Part shown: positions 42,877-54,168 of the stretch, piece by piece
How the letters are laid out: the number at the start of each line of letters is the position of its first letter
Numbering within the stretch: position 1 is the first letter of the stretch
NCBI GenBank assembly: GCA_000004985.1
Contig: GG738851.1
DNA length: 64,000 nucleotides
Strand: one strand, 5' to 3'
Origin: Naegleria gruberi
Lineage: Eukaryota
Program-made: the position numbers and the translations under genes
Notes under the pieces: model-generated
Told to the model about the DNA's origin: nothing
The model's database searches: none
The model's input: only the letters and a program-made list of their open reading frames with translations

Positions 42877-44244
42877 ATGAAACGAACCTCTTCCGAAGAC
42901 AACTCTCTCGATACTTTTTCATCATCAAAAAAGCAAAAATCCAATCAATTATTGGAAATGAAACCTCTAAATATTCTCGTTTGTCGGTATGATCCATTTG
43001 TTTTGGGTCATGTATTCAAGTTTTGTTCGCCAATGGATTTGCCATCACTTGCTGTGGTGTGTAAGGATTGGCATGATTTGTACTTTTCCCGTGAGAAGAT
43101 CGTACTCATTCTGAAGGAGTGGGTCGATACTCAATGGAATAACAAGATTTGTTCAGGAAAATTGACATGGACTTGGTCTGTGGAATATAACCCAGAGAAT
43201 GAATATCATTCATTGGCATATTGGTTAAGATTGTTGAATGTATTGAAGGAAGTGAATATAATGATCACAGATGAGCAAGGGAAAAAAGATGATAATGATG
43301 AAGAAGAAGAAAACGAAGAGGAACATGATGACGAAGAGGAAGAACAAGACGTAGAGGAAGATGAAGAGGAAGATGACCAAGAAGATGAAGGAGAGGATGA
43401 AGAAAATGATGAACATGATGATACTGAGGATTTAAAGAAGATATCACATTCTGTAGAGTTTATTGAGATGGGCAATACGAAACTGTGTAAAATCACAACA
43501 TCCTCAAATAGATTTCTCCTAGTTTCGAATAATGGGAATATTATCCGTTTCAAAAGGAAGAAGAAGGAATTGTTATGCTCTTTTTATGGAGGTTTATCAT
43601 ATCCAAGTTTTGAAAATTGTAATTATAGAAGTGATTATTGGGTTTCCCTTGTTCCAGGTAAAAAGGGAATTTTAGTTTTGCAATTAAAACAAATGGTGAA
43701 ATATTTGGGATTTGATGATGAATATTTAGTAGCATGCAATCTCATTGACATTATTGGATTGAAAAAAGCGAAGGTTTCTAATTCAAAGTATACAGATTAC
43801 CCTTGGGATCAAGGAGAAGCTGACGGAATAATAGAATTTGTGCCTTGGGAAATTGTAACTGCGTGCACAACAAGTGATTATGACATATCGCATATTTGTG
43901 AATGTTTGGATGATCGATTTTTCAATAGTTTCGACTTATTCTGCAAGTTAATAGAAGTCAGTACTACCATGTACACTGAATCCATAATCAAGAATATTTC
44001 TCTCAAAGTTGACAGTGAATTTTTCAAGAATAGAGGGTTGTTGAAATATTGTCGTCAGGAAAGAAAATTATTCAAGTTATTGGATGAGTCATTGAGACAT
44101 GATAAGGAATTCCTTAAAGAGGCTCTAAGAGTCAACCCATCCATTCTCAAGTATCTTTTTAAAAAGGAATATACGGATATCATTGAAATTGATAGAGAGC
44201 TGATTTTAGACTGCTTGAATCGTTTAAGTGTAGCTCAGCAATAA
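42877..44244 (+). CDS. Hypothetical protein with an N-terminal F-box-like segment and a long acidic (D/E) tract, 455 aa
   Basis: ATG ORF. The F-box-like segment is LNILVCRYDPFVLGHVFKFCSPMDLPSLAVVCKDWHDL. The acidic run EEEENEEEHDDEEEEQDVEEDEEEDDQEDEGEDEENDEHDD is encoded by a GAA/GAT/GAG-rich DNA tract at 43290-43440. Confidence 0.55.
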   Translation: MKRTSSEDNSLDTFSSSKKQKSNQLLEMKPLNILVCRYDPFVLGHVFKFCSPMDLPSLAVVCKDWHDLYFSREKIVLILKEWVDTQWNNKICSGKLTWTWSVEYNPENEYHSLAYWLRLLNVLKEVNIMITDEQGKKDDNDEEEENEEEHDDEEEEQDVEEDEEEDDQEDEGEDEENDEHDDTEDLKKISHSVEFIEMGNTKLCKITTSSNRFLLVSNNGNIIRFKRKKKELLCSFYGGLSYPSFENCNYRSDYWVSLVPGKKGILVLQLKQMVKYLGFDDEYLVACNLIDIIGLKKAKVSNSKYTDYPWDQGEADGIIEFVPWEIVTACTTSDYDISHICECLDDRFFNSFDLFCKLIEVSTTMYTESIIKNISLKVDSEFFKNRGLLKYCRQERKLFKLLDESLRHDKEFLKEALRVNPSILKYLFKKEYTDIIEIDRELILDCLNRLSVAQQ

Positions 44245-44373
44245 AGGGATATTTACTGTATTTCCATGCTCGAATTACTGTTGTGGCTAAACATCTGGTT
44301 GTGGTGTGTTGAAATTTTTAAATTGAGATTTATTCCAATAATATAACAAAAAGCAGTGTGTTATTGCATTAAT

Positions 44374-47357
44374 TTACATGAGAAAGTTAATAATCGAAAT
44401 GATCAAGATTAAGATAAGTGAACATCTAACATTTGTAGATTGTCCAACAACAGGATTTGAAAGAGAAGATGTGGCATTGATAACTTCAGTAAATGGACTA
44501 CCAGTTGATGGAATGGTAGTTGGAGCAGATGGTTTCTCTGCTAAGGTAACATCCCCAGTAATGACCATACTGAATGCTTGTTTTCCCTTATTGGTGGATT
44601 TGGCTCCAACCTTGACTGTGAAATTACCTTGTGGTAAATTGGAAATTACAATACTTTCTGCAGTGTTGACCGTATCGAGAGTGTTGCCTGTGATGGCTCC
44701 ATTTCCATAATAATATTTCTTTCCAACAACTGCGACAACACTAATGTCGTTGATGAGTTTCTTGGTTTTTACAGAGCTAAGTGTATCAGCAGCAGATGGT
44801 AAATCGTACCAAGCAATGGTAACTTTCAGTGTGGTTACAGAATTGGCCTTCAAAGGAATGTCAACTTGTTGATTGGCATCAAGTGAATATCTATTGGCTA
44901 CGAGAATATTCTTAATTCTGTTCACACTTGCTGAATCAGTGTCAATCTTCAAGACATTTTGTAAATTGATTCTTCCAAAACCATTGTACTTGTTTGGTGA
45001 GTTGAATTGACTCAAATACAAATCAGTACCTCCAATTTGCACAAATCCCTTCATGACTTCTCCTGAGTGCAGAATCATGGCTTTGACCAAAGTCCCTGAC
45101 AAGGTTTGAGAAGGTGAACTATTGAAAATATTGTAATCGACTAATTTCTTCTTATTATCCTTTACCAAGTAGTGTCTTACCAAAGCTAATCAATTATTGA
45201 AACATTAAATGTAAATAATTAAATAAAATCAATGCCAACTACTTACCTGCTGCTCCAGAAACTGCAGGAGTTGCCATACTATATATGCATTGAAAAAGAA
45301 ATGTTAAATAACAAAGCTACACATCTCAAAAGCACTTACCTAGTTCCAGATTTTCCTACAGGATCACAAGAAGCAGTATTCAAAGAACTGATTGTACTGT
45401 AACCTGGTGCAGCAACTGAAAAGATTAATGTTAAGCTTTCAATTGTCAATGAGTGAAATACTTACTATCTGGTTTGATTCTATTATCATAGGTAGGTCCT
45501 TTTCCAGAAAAACTAGCCATATTCTCAAATTCAAAAACGGTATAATTTCTGCTTGTAAAGAACTGCTTGTAATAGGAAGATGGTGCATAGGAAGCGCCAA
45601 CTGTCAATGAATTCTTTGATGTGGATGGATCTCCCAAATTGGAATCAGTTGAGTATTCACCATCGTTACCAGCAGCCATTACAACAGTCACTTCATCATT
45701 TGAACTCAAAAAAGTGTCAACTCTATTACTGTCATATCCATAAAGATTACAATAGTGACAACATCTGGTACCAGTCAATGCCATACAAGAGGCATCAGTG
45801 ACAGCAGCACCTCGAGTATTATCAGAATTCAATTCATAGCATTTACAATCATAATCACACTAATAATGAGATTCAAGTTGACTGATTTTTCATATTATGA
45901 AAACTTACATCATAAGGATTACCACATCCCCAACTGTTACTTGAAATTTTAGATCCAGCATTGGTAAATGCATTAGACAAAACGGTATTCATATCACCAA
46001 TGTATAATCCTCCATTTGCTCCTGCTTGCACATCCACTGCATAGAGTTTGGCATCCTTGGCCACACCAACATTCTTATCCATGACTGTGGTTCCAAGTGT
46101 TTGTGGATATCCAGCAATGGTTCCTGCTACGTGAGTGCCATGACCTTCTCCATCTGTCAAATCACCATACTGTCCATTCTTATTATAGTAAACGACCTTT
46201 CTATAATTCAAATTAACACTTGTCTTGGTGCTTGGTTCACTACTGCCAGTAAAGAGACAATGTCCAAGAGTTATTCCAGTATCGATAACTGAAACAACCT
46301 CAGAGGCACCTGTAATTCCATTATTCCACATGTAGGTATAATTGGATCCACCTCCATTTTGAATCACTTGATTGGCTCCATAATTCTTAATCTCATGAAT
46401 ACGTTGACGAATGACCACATCTACAGAATCATCACTCGACAAGTAATTTAACAATTCCTGACCCATCTCACTTGACATGTCCTCTATTAATCCTTCAAGT
46501 TCTTGATTCATCTTGAAGAACTTTTGAATTTCTTCTCTTCTTTTCAATGATTGAACAATTGGAGAATCAAATTTTCCTTCTTTGATCAATTTCCAAACTC
46601 CGTAATCAAAGTTTGCGAGTGTGACTTGAACAGCATGAGTTTCACTTTGCCAATCGAGGTCGAATAGAGAGTTGGCTTGATCTCTGATGAATTCACGAAT
46701 GATAGTTTCGTCTTGTTGAGTGGAAAGTGCAGTTTCGGCAAGTTTCGAATTATGAATGGATTGTTGAATTTGTTGAATGTTTAGTTTGGACAAGGATCGA
46801 GTCATTTTTTGAGTATAACTGGAAAGGTACCAATTTCTCAATCTATTCATCGTTTGCAATCTTTCCATTTCGTTTAGTTTACTATCTAATACAATCTTCA
46901 AGCCACCAAGTTTCAACGAATCCAAACTAAGTTTCGTAAATGATTTCTTATCTGAATTCGAAACCTTCTTGATCCATTCAATATTCAATTTAGCAAAATT
47001 ATTATTCGAAAGCTCTTGAATCTGAAGTGTTGTGAGTCTTGTAGTAAAAACTGGAATGTCGGAATGAAATTGAAATTCCTTGTAATTGTCAACCTTCATC
47101 AATTGTGCCATTCTATTGAGAAAGTCATCTGTCATGATGGTATTATCACGTATTTTGACATGTACGAGCATTCTTTGGGTGTTTGAAATTGTTTGTGTGG
47201 TTTGTACATTTAATTTTGGAGTGTTGGAAACTGTTTCGAATAAATTTTCTACATGGTTGTATGTTTCCAATAGTTTGGAAGGTTCTTGTTGTAGTGAGAA
47301 TCCAATGCAACAAAGGAGTGCTGCAAAAAGTATCAATTTGGCAGCACCTAATGTCAT
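44374..47357 (-). CDS. Subtilisin-like serine protease (peptidase S8) paralog B, 5 exons (45909..47357, 45466..45859, 45340..45415, 45247..45278, 44374..45185), about 920 aa
   Basis: It has the same architecture as paralog A. The Asp motif is VIDTGITLGHC, the His motif is GHGTHVAGTIAG, the Asn motif is VVMAAGNDG, and the Ser motif is GTS|MATPAVSGAA|ALVRHYL. Introns are 49, 50, 61 and 61 nt with GTAAGT donors, and the exon sum of 2763 nt is in frame. Confidence 0.8.
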
Positions 47358-47666
47358 GTTGTTATTTTTTTTAATGATGATTTATTCTGAAACAGCTGAC
47401 AGATATGCTTCTTAGAAAGGAAAGCGAACCCATGAAAATATTCGAATATTTCCCTATCTGACTGTGAGATAACATTACAAAAACATGTGAAAACCAACCA
47501 TAACCAACTAAAAACGAATGAAATAACAATTTACAATTCCTTGTTTGAAATGAAAGATAATTTGTTGTGTTGGATTTTGTTAGAAGAATAATGAATGAAT
47601 GTATTCTAATAATTCAAAGTTGTTAAAAAGCATTCAAGTTTCATGAAGATCAGATCGGTTACGGAT

Positions 47667-50600
47667 CTAGTAAAACGATTTCCTACATAGTCCAACAACT
47701 ACGTTACAATCTTCTGGTAAATCTTCTCCTTCGTTTCGTAATTCTTCGTAATCCAATAATTGATTTTTAACTTCCACTAGGTCTCTGAATAATAGATCTG
47801 AACTGTTTGGATAGAGTGGATGGTCACTGGAATAGAGAACTTTAAAAGCAATAAAATTAACCCTTTCGTATGGTGAAATTTCTACCTCAACTGGTTTTCC
47901 TAAAAACAAAAATTGTCTATATAGTTTTTCAATTCTGTTTGAAATATCAGGAGGATATAATTCCACTTTGAGTAGCTGTTTTTCGAATCCCCTCCGAAAC
48001 CTGATGTTAGTGATATTAACTGAGTTGGCTGAATCCTCCCTTACTGGTTTGCACCATTTTTGTATTTGTAATTTTTTTTCCTCACGTCTCAAATCGTCCA
48101 ATAAAAGTAAATCCTTTGGTTGAACTGGATGGTAGGCGTCATGATAGAAATTTCTCGTAATTGGATTAAAACTACCAACTCTTTGAGTGCTTGGTTCTAT
48201 TGTTATCCATTGAATTCTATTCGATACGTCTGATTTATCCAAGGAATCGGTAGCATTGAGAATATAGTCCAAATCATTGAGAGAATGAATAAGGAATTTA
48301 CACTTATTTTTCTGCAAGGTTTTATCCAACATTTTAGGTGTGAACTTGTCGTACTTTAAAATAGTTAGATCCAGATAGTCTGATTTCTTTTCTACAATTT
48401 CTTTAGACAATTCCAAATGCTTGGATCTCAAAGATTCATCATTATAGTAGGAGCCAAGGAGCAACTTGGGATTTCTGCTTCTGTATTTAATTGTAATTAA
48501 AGAATTGAATTCAAGAAGAAACATACCTGCAAGCAAAGTCATAGAGAAGCAGTTTTGCCAATCCCTCAAGTTTGTCCTTCAAGTGTGAGCACACAACTCT
48601 TCTAGGATAATGCAAATATTGATTTTTTACCAAACTATGATGGTATCCTGGTACTGCACAAGAGAATCCTCTTTTAGCATACTGTAGATGAAAAAAATTA
48701 TTATATATACAAATGATCTCCTTAATCTCGTTGATATATGACTTACCTTAAACAGCCTATAAGTATAAGTAGTAGATTGCCTATCTACATCAACAAGATT
48801 TGTTCTGTGTGAAAGAGCTCTAATAGCTCTATCGCTGCACCAAACAGTTGATCCATCAAATCCTATTGTACAACTATCTACATCAAATCCCAAAAGTATT
48901 TCTAAAAGAATCATAAAATTAACCATAAAAAGCATAATTGAAATACATACCAGCTGGTGATTTGTATATACGAAGTACTATTTGAATAGGAGGTAATCTA
49001 TACATGTAAAAAGTAACAGCATATTTTGTTCGAACAACCAAAATGTCATCATTGATGAATTCTTGTTTTGCTTCACCGAAATATTGAGATACCTTACTTT
49101 TTTCTCCCCAAATTATATACTTTTCTTCTCTTACAAACCTAGTGTCTGATGATTTGAGAATGGACAAGTTTTGTTTAACAACCTGATAAATGTGCTTAAT
49201 TTTCAGTTCTGCTTCTTCCTCAGTCATGGCATAGAGGAATAAATCAATATCTGATTTTTTAAAGGCATGAGGAATATTAGGATCTGCTACTTCTCTCGCA
49301 TTTGGGACAGAATCTATGCTAGTTGTTGATAAGTTTTTAGAGTCTATTGTTTTGCGGCTATTATGATTGAAAAATTCAAATCTGTGCAAATGGTCATTCT
49401 CAACAAAAAAGCTCTTTCTGAAACTAGCTCCAACAACGTAAAAAGTATCAGAATCTTTGAATTCTTTATCCTTAAGTCCTTCGATATCGTTTTCAATTTT
49501 AACAGGTGTTGCTTGTGCAATAAATGCTTGATCTTCTACTGGAATTTCTTTCAAACAACATCCCAAGACACTACCTCCTAATTTAAATATTAAAAAAACA
49601 AATTGAGGAACAAGATTAACAATACTACGTACCTGCAACGAAAACACCAGACCAATCCATGCCATCCAACAATCTCTTAGTTAAATTCGAAAAATTATGT
49701 TTGAAGGTTTCCAAATTAGAAACAAGACATGTTTTTGGAGCTTGTTTGGAATAGGTTGTGACATCACATAAATTCAATAGCTTTGGACAATCAGAAAAAT
49801 TGATTTTAAACTTTCCCTTTGACTGAATCACATCTTTGACTTCAAAGAGAGGAGATAGGAACAGATAGGGAACTTTCAATAATTCATTATTCCTATCTTT
49901 CACAAATAATTCTCTTAATTTGTCTTCTCGTTCTTTGAGTCTAATGTTTTCTATAGAGAGCAATTCAATAGGATATCTGCATGGATCCAGATAATCCTTG
50001 GTCATAGTCTCCAATCCATAAAACTTGGCTTCCAAAAAGAGTTGACTTTTTCTTTCATTTGACATACTACGTGGGAAATGGTTGAATTTACCATGTGAAA
50101 TTAAGTATCCATGAATCAGTCTGAATAAATCCGGATTTCTATCAATGAAAATTTGTCCCTTATGATTGAGCTTGAAGGATGGTGATTGGATATATTTGGT
50201 AATAAGAAAATTGTCAAATTTTGCCAAAGAAGAAAAGGGTATGGAATAGAGCTGACCTGATACATTCACATTTACACTTGCATCTTGTGAGTTGTGATTA
50301 ATAAAATTTTGGTACTTTTCAGCAAGTTGCTTGGCAAGTAATTGCGAACTTTCTCTAGATTTTTCTGTTTGAGAATTCATATTTCTAATAGATTGATCCA
50401 ATAATTCTGTATTAACTCTATCTTTAACAATCTTGTCGCATTCACTTCTATCAGCATTGCACTCATTCAAATGATACTTGACAATCAAGTCAGCAATATA
50501 TTCCTTCAATTCGTTCAATTTGAAAAATTCTGCCTCCTTTTCAATATCTCTCAATTGATCATAATTTAACACATCAATGCCAATGGCATCAACTTGTCTA

Positions 50601-51013
50601 CTCCTCAAATATTCCAAAATAAACTCAAAAACATGTGGATTTCTATCTTTCAAATCCGAAACTTGCACCTCAGCAATTTCCTTCACCGTATTTCTGCATG
50701 TATGAAACTCTACATTGCCAACTTGTAAAATCATCATATCATCCTGCATGGTACGCAACCTATTAACTATCATCATTTCTTTTTCAGAATCTTCATCATC
50801 ACAACCATCATTAATATTATTATTTAATTTTCCCAAAATCCTTTCCGATTGCTGAATTTCTTCTTGATCATGAATATAAATTCTATGAAACCGATCGATC
50901 AATTCGCTCGTATAACTCTCTCCCGAAGGTTCTTGTTGTTCACCATTATCACGATCATCTGTTTTGAAATCTTGTATAGACTGCTGAGAATTCGCTTCAA
51001 GATGTCGCTTCAT
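47667..51013 (-). CDS. Tandem BTB/POZ (T1/KCTD-type) domain protein with a large uncharacterised C-terminal region; 5 exons (49633..51013, 48951..49577, 48747..48901, 48527..48681, 47667..48480), about 1043 aa
   Basis: Four consecutive minus-strand ORFs are joined by GT..AG introns of 55, 49, 65 and 46 nt (donors GTACGT/GTATGT/GTAAGT/GTATGT), and the exon sum is 3132 nt. The BTB-like segments are MILQVGNVEFHTCRNTV..NPHVFEFILEYL and QLYSIPFSSLAKFDNFL..FIDRNPDLFRLIHGYL. The C-terminal part contains EILLGFDVDSCTIGFDGSTVWCSDRAIRAL of unknown family. Confidence 0.65.
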
Positions 51014-51243
51014 TTTTTTTACATTTAAAAATTTCCACAGAATATTGGAAAATCAAACATTTTACAATGGACCATTTAATTTACAATTAATGGCCAATAC
51101 CAACATAAATTTATGATTCTGGAATTGCCTGGTTAGTACCTTTTTATACTCCCAACTTCCAGCTCGGAGTTGACAATCGGAGAATGAATAGTTTTAAATT
51201 AACTTAATCTATTGTGAACTCGTCATTTCTTGCTTTTAAAAAA

Positions 51244-52557
51244 ATGAAATCACTTCTCCTCCCTCTCACCATTCTCCTCTTTTTAATTTCATCCCATGTC
51301 CTGTCGCAAGTCAATGTCAAATCAGTCAATTGGCTTCAAGGTAATCATGACGAATTTCAAACAAATCGTCTTCAATTATTGAAATCAACTCCAAATTTTA
51401 ACATTACACTTCAGGGTAGTCCAACAATTTATTTTGACAATTTTTTAGTGATTGCTGACGTTCAGAGAAATATTTTACTCACGAATTATGCAGTTTACGA
51501 TGGTGAAAAGTTTCCACAATTAATGGATTTTGGTTTGGTTAAGGTTGATTTGACAAGTGGCAATTTGATTAAATTGAATTTTGACACTGACAGACCAGCT
51601 TTTAGTTTTTCAGCAGTTTCTCATGCAGTGATGAGTCCACAAGGTGTTTATTACTTTGCACTTTCTAGACAACATGCTGGATTGAATTTTGTCTTTTCAT
51701 ATAATTTGACAGGTGGCAGTAATAACTTGGGTTATTCCAATTATTTTTCAATTCCTGATGGTGTTGAAGTAGATGGACTTGCATTTGTTGATAACACTCT
51801 TTATGTGTCAAATGCCATTGCAATTGAAGCTTATACACCTGACATGATCATGAAATGGAGAATGCCAACAGGTTTCACATATGGACCTGCATCCAATTTG
51901 ATTACTACTCAAGAAAATGGAAAGAATATTCTCTATTATGCAGTTCAAAATACCATCTTTCGTTTAGATACTACGACAACAGTTGTTTCACAATATCAAA
52001 TTGGAAATGTTGGCGCCAAATTTATTTCCTATTTGGGAAGTGGTAATTTGTTGGTTGTTGCCAGTAATGATGATAGCAGTGAAGATTTCATCTATGCTGT
52101 AAATGTACTCAATAGAAGTACATTGAAATTACAAGTCAATCAATCTGAACTTGGTAGAATTGTCAAATGTTCCAATTCATTGAATATTCAAACAAGTCCA
52201 CTTTCAACTTTCTCAATTATTTCATGTGGAAAACATAAAGGAACTGAAAGAGACAAGAATGCAATTGGTATCTTACTTGATACAACTGGAAATCCAACAT
52301 TCTCAGTTGTCTGGCATTTACCAATTCAAGCAAATGATGTTCGCTTCTCAGCCACTCAAAATGATAAGCAAATTCTAATGACCAATGATTTTGGATATAT
52401 TGTCTTGGATATTCAAAGTGGAAAGATGATTTCTGCAAAGAAATCAACTATTGCCAATTCATCATGTAAGGTAATTACTGCAATCAATGGAAAATTCTAT
52501 TCAGTTTGTTCAAGTTCTTATAATGGCGTTGTTACTCTTGCCTCTGATTTGATTTAA
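51244..52557 (+). CDS. Secreted hypothetical protein (signal peptide MKSLLLPLTILLFLISSHVLSQ), about 437 aa
   Basis: The track ORF starts at GTG (51214), and the first ATG is at 51244 with a cleavable signal peptide. It has no recognised domain. Confidence 0.5.
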   Translation: MKSLLLPLTILLFLISSHVLSQVNVKSVNWLQGNHDEFQTNRLQLLKSTPNFNITLQGSPTIYFDNFLVIADVQRNILLTNYAVYDGEKFPQLMDFGLVKVDLTSGNLIKLNFDTDRPAFSFSAVSHAVMSPQGVYYFALSRQHAGLNFVFSYNLTGGSNNLGYSNYFSIPDGVEVDGLAFVDNTLYVSNAIAIEAYTPDMIMKWRMPTGFTYGPASNLITTQENGKNILYYAVQNTIFRLDTTTTVVSQYQIGNVGAKFISYLGSGNLLVVASNDDSSEDFIYAVNVLNRSTLKLQVNQSELGRIVKCSNSLNIQTSPLSTFSIISCGKHKGTERDKNAIGILLDTTGNPTFSVVWHLPIQANDVRFSATQNDKQILMTNDFGYIVLDIQSGKMISAKKSTIANSSCKVITAINGKFYSVCSSSYNGVVTLASDLI

Positions 52558-52896
52558 TTAAAATGTCTAATAAAGTCTGAAAAAAATTAAATTCTAAAAA
52601 GTAAAGTTAAATGAAATTGTGAAAAAAATTGGGATTTGGCAGAAAATATGTTATGATATTATTTTGTTTTTTGAAAATTTATGTTTTAACATTTAGAAGC
52701 CACGATGAACATGATAAACTTATCGCTTTAGGAAAAATGTAAAAAAATTACCTCCAAGACGAGGCTTCCAAATATGGAAATACAAAGAATTTTAAAAAAA
52801 TAAAAACGAAATTATTAAATCATTGGTGTATTCTATCATACCATTAAAGATGTATTTGTAAAAATATCATTATAAAGAGAAAATCAAAAATTATGA

Positions 52897-52967
52897 CTCG
52901 AGTGCCGGGAATTGAACCCGGGTCGCCAGAGTGACAGTCTGGAATGCTACCACTATACCACACCCGA
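52897..52967 (-). tRNA. tRNA-Asp: tRNA-Asp (anticodon GTC)
   Basis: The reverse complement is TCGGGTGTGGTATAGTGGTAGCATTCCAGACTGTCACTCTGGCGACCCGGGTTCAATTCCCGGCACTCGAG. The anticodon loop is CTGTCAC and a 5' T is typical of eukaryotic tRNA-Asp. Confidence 0.85.
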
Positions 52968-53056
52968 TTTCACATCAATATTATACTAGGTGTTGACTTT
53001 ATACTAATGGTGACATCTTAATTGTGCTTTCCATACCGACAATTTCAACAAAATTC

Positions 53057-54067
53057 AAGAAAAAAATGTCATCCTTCTCTACCTTTGCCGAACTTTACCA
53101 AAACGCCCTACGAGAATGTAAACTTCGAAAACACTCCCTGTTCAATATTAACGTATCAAAAATTGGATCAACCACAAACAAGAAACAAAACAATTACTCA
53201 CTCGGAAGGGATTTATTTCATCTGTGGAGTGGATTACGAGATACCATCCTATTGGATTATGCAGTCCTGAAAGATTCCGATTGTACTGACTTGCAAAATC
53301 TATCCAAACAATTATCAATATTGGAAAATAACAATTCGGAATTATTAAATAATTTTCCTCACACGAGTCATGAAAATGTTAATAAGTTAAATTTTGGAAA
53401 TATTGGAGTGATGATTATTAAATTCTGGATGTTTTTTGATGGAAAGAGAGAGGAAATGATTTTTAATTATTTGATAAATACTGAGAAATTGAAACAGAGA
53501 TTGGAAAAATTACAGAGTTGTGATTTGAATTTAATTTTCATTGATATTGATGCATTGGATCGAAAGGAACCATATCTGGAGTGTGGAGAAAAGATACAGA
53601 ATAATATTCAACCATTTATTCAATTAATTTCTAATCAAATAATTGAGAATTTCAATAATGGAAATGGAAAATGTGTTTTTGAAATTGATTTTTCCTCGCA
53701 TTTAACTCCATCACTGCCATTCCTTCCATTTGATGCAACTCTCATGAATGGAATTCTTCTTAATTATCCAATCATTCTATTTTATGGATCCAGATTTCCA
53801 ATTCAGCAAACATCCAACAAGAATTTGAAATTTTATGCCAATCATGTATTGAATAATATCGATCTGTACAGATATACCCTTTCTTGCACTCAAGAACATC
53901 AAGAAACTCTCCTCCAATTCATCATTCCTCAATCAATCTATTCAGAAAACTCACAAATGATTGATTCCACAATTGAACAGTGGCTATCCACTCAACAACA
54001 ATCCAACAAGAAACCTCATTTACAACTCTCCAAGGAAACCATTCAATACGACAATATAGTCCTCTAA
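53057..54067 (+). CDS. Hypothetical protein (about 336 aa), no recognised domain
   Basis: This is a long ORF with typical codon usage. The track starts it at GTG (53024), and the first ATG is at 53057 (MSSFSTFAELYQN..). Confidence 0.45.
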   Translation, partial: KKKMSSFSTFAELYQNALRECKLRKHSLFNINVSKIGSTTNKKQNNYSLGRDLFHLWSGLRDTILLDYAVLKDSDCTDLQNLSKQLSILENNNSELLNNFPHTSHENVNKLNFGNIGVMIIKFWMFFDGKREEMIFNYLINTEKLKQRLEKLQSCDLNLIFIDIDALDRKEPYLECGEKIQNNIQPFIQLISNQIIENFNNGNGKCVFEIDFSSHLTPSLPFLPFDATLMNGILLNYPIILFYGSRFPIQQTSNKNLKFYANHVLNNIDLYRYTLSCTQEHQETLLQFIIPQSIYSENSQMIDSTIEQWLSTQQQSNKKPHLQLSKETIQYDNIVL

Positions 54068-54168
54068 TAAACCCGAATTCGAATGCTCATTTGTTGTGTG
54101 AAAAAATTGATTGTGTAATTGAGCGCCAATTCAATCAACATGCAAAATTACCAAATTAATAGAAAAAA

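Noticed and set aside
43206-43553. Several minus-strand ORFs (115, 63 and 60 aa) opposite the acidic tract
   Set aside because: They are antisense translations of the GAA/GAT-rich repeat (poly-S/F/L). They are low-complexity artefacts.
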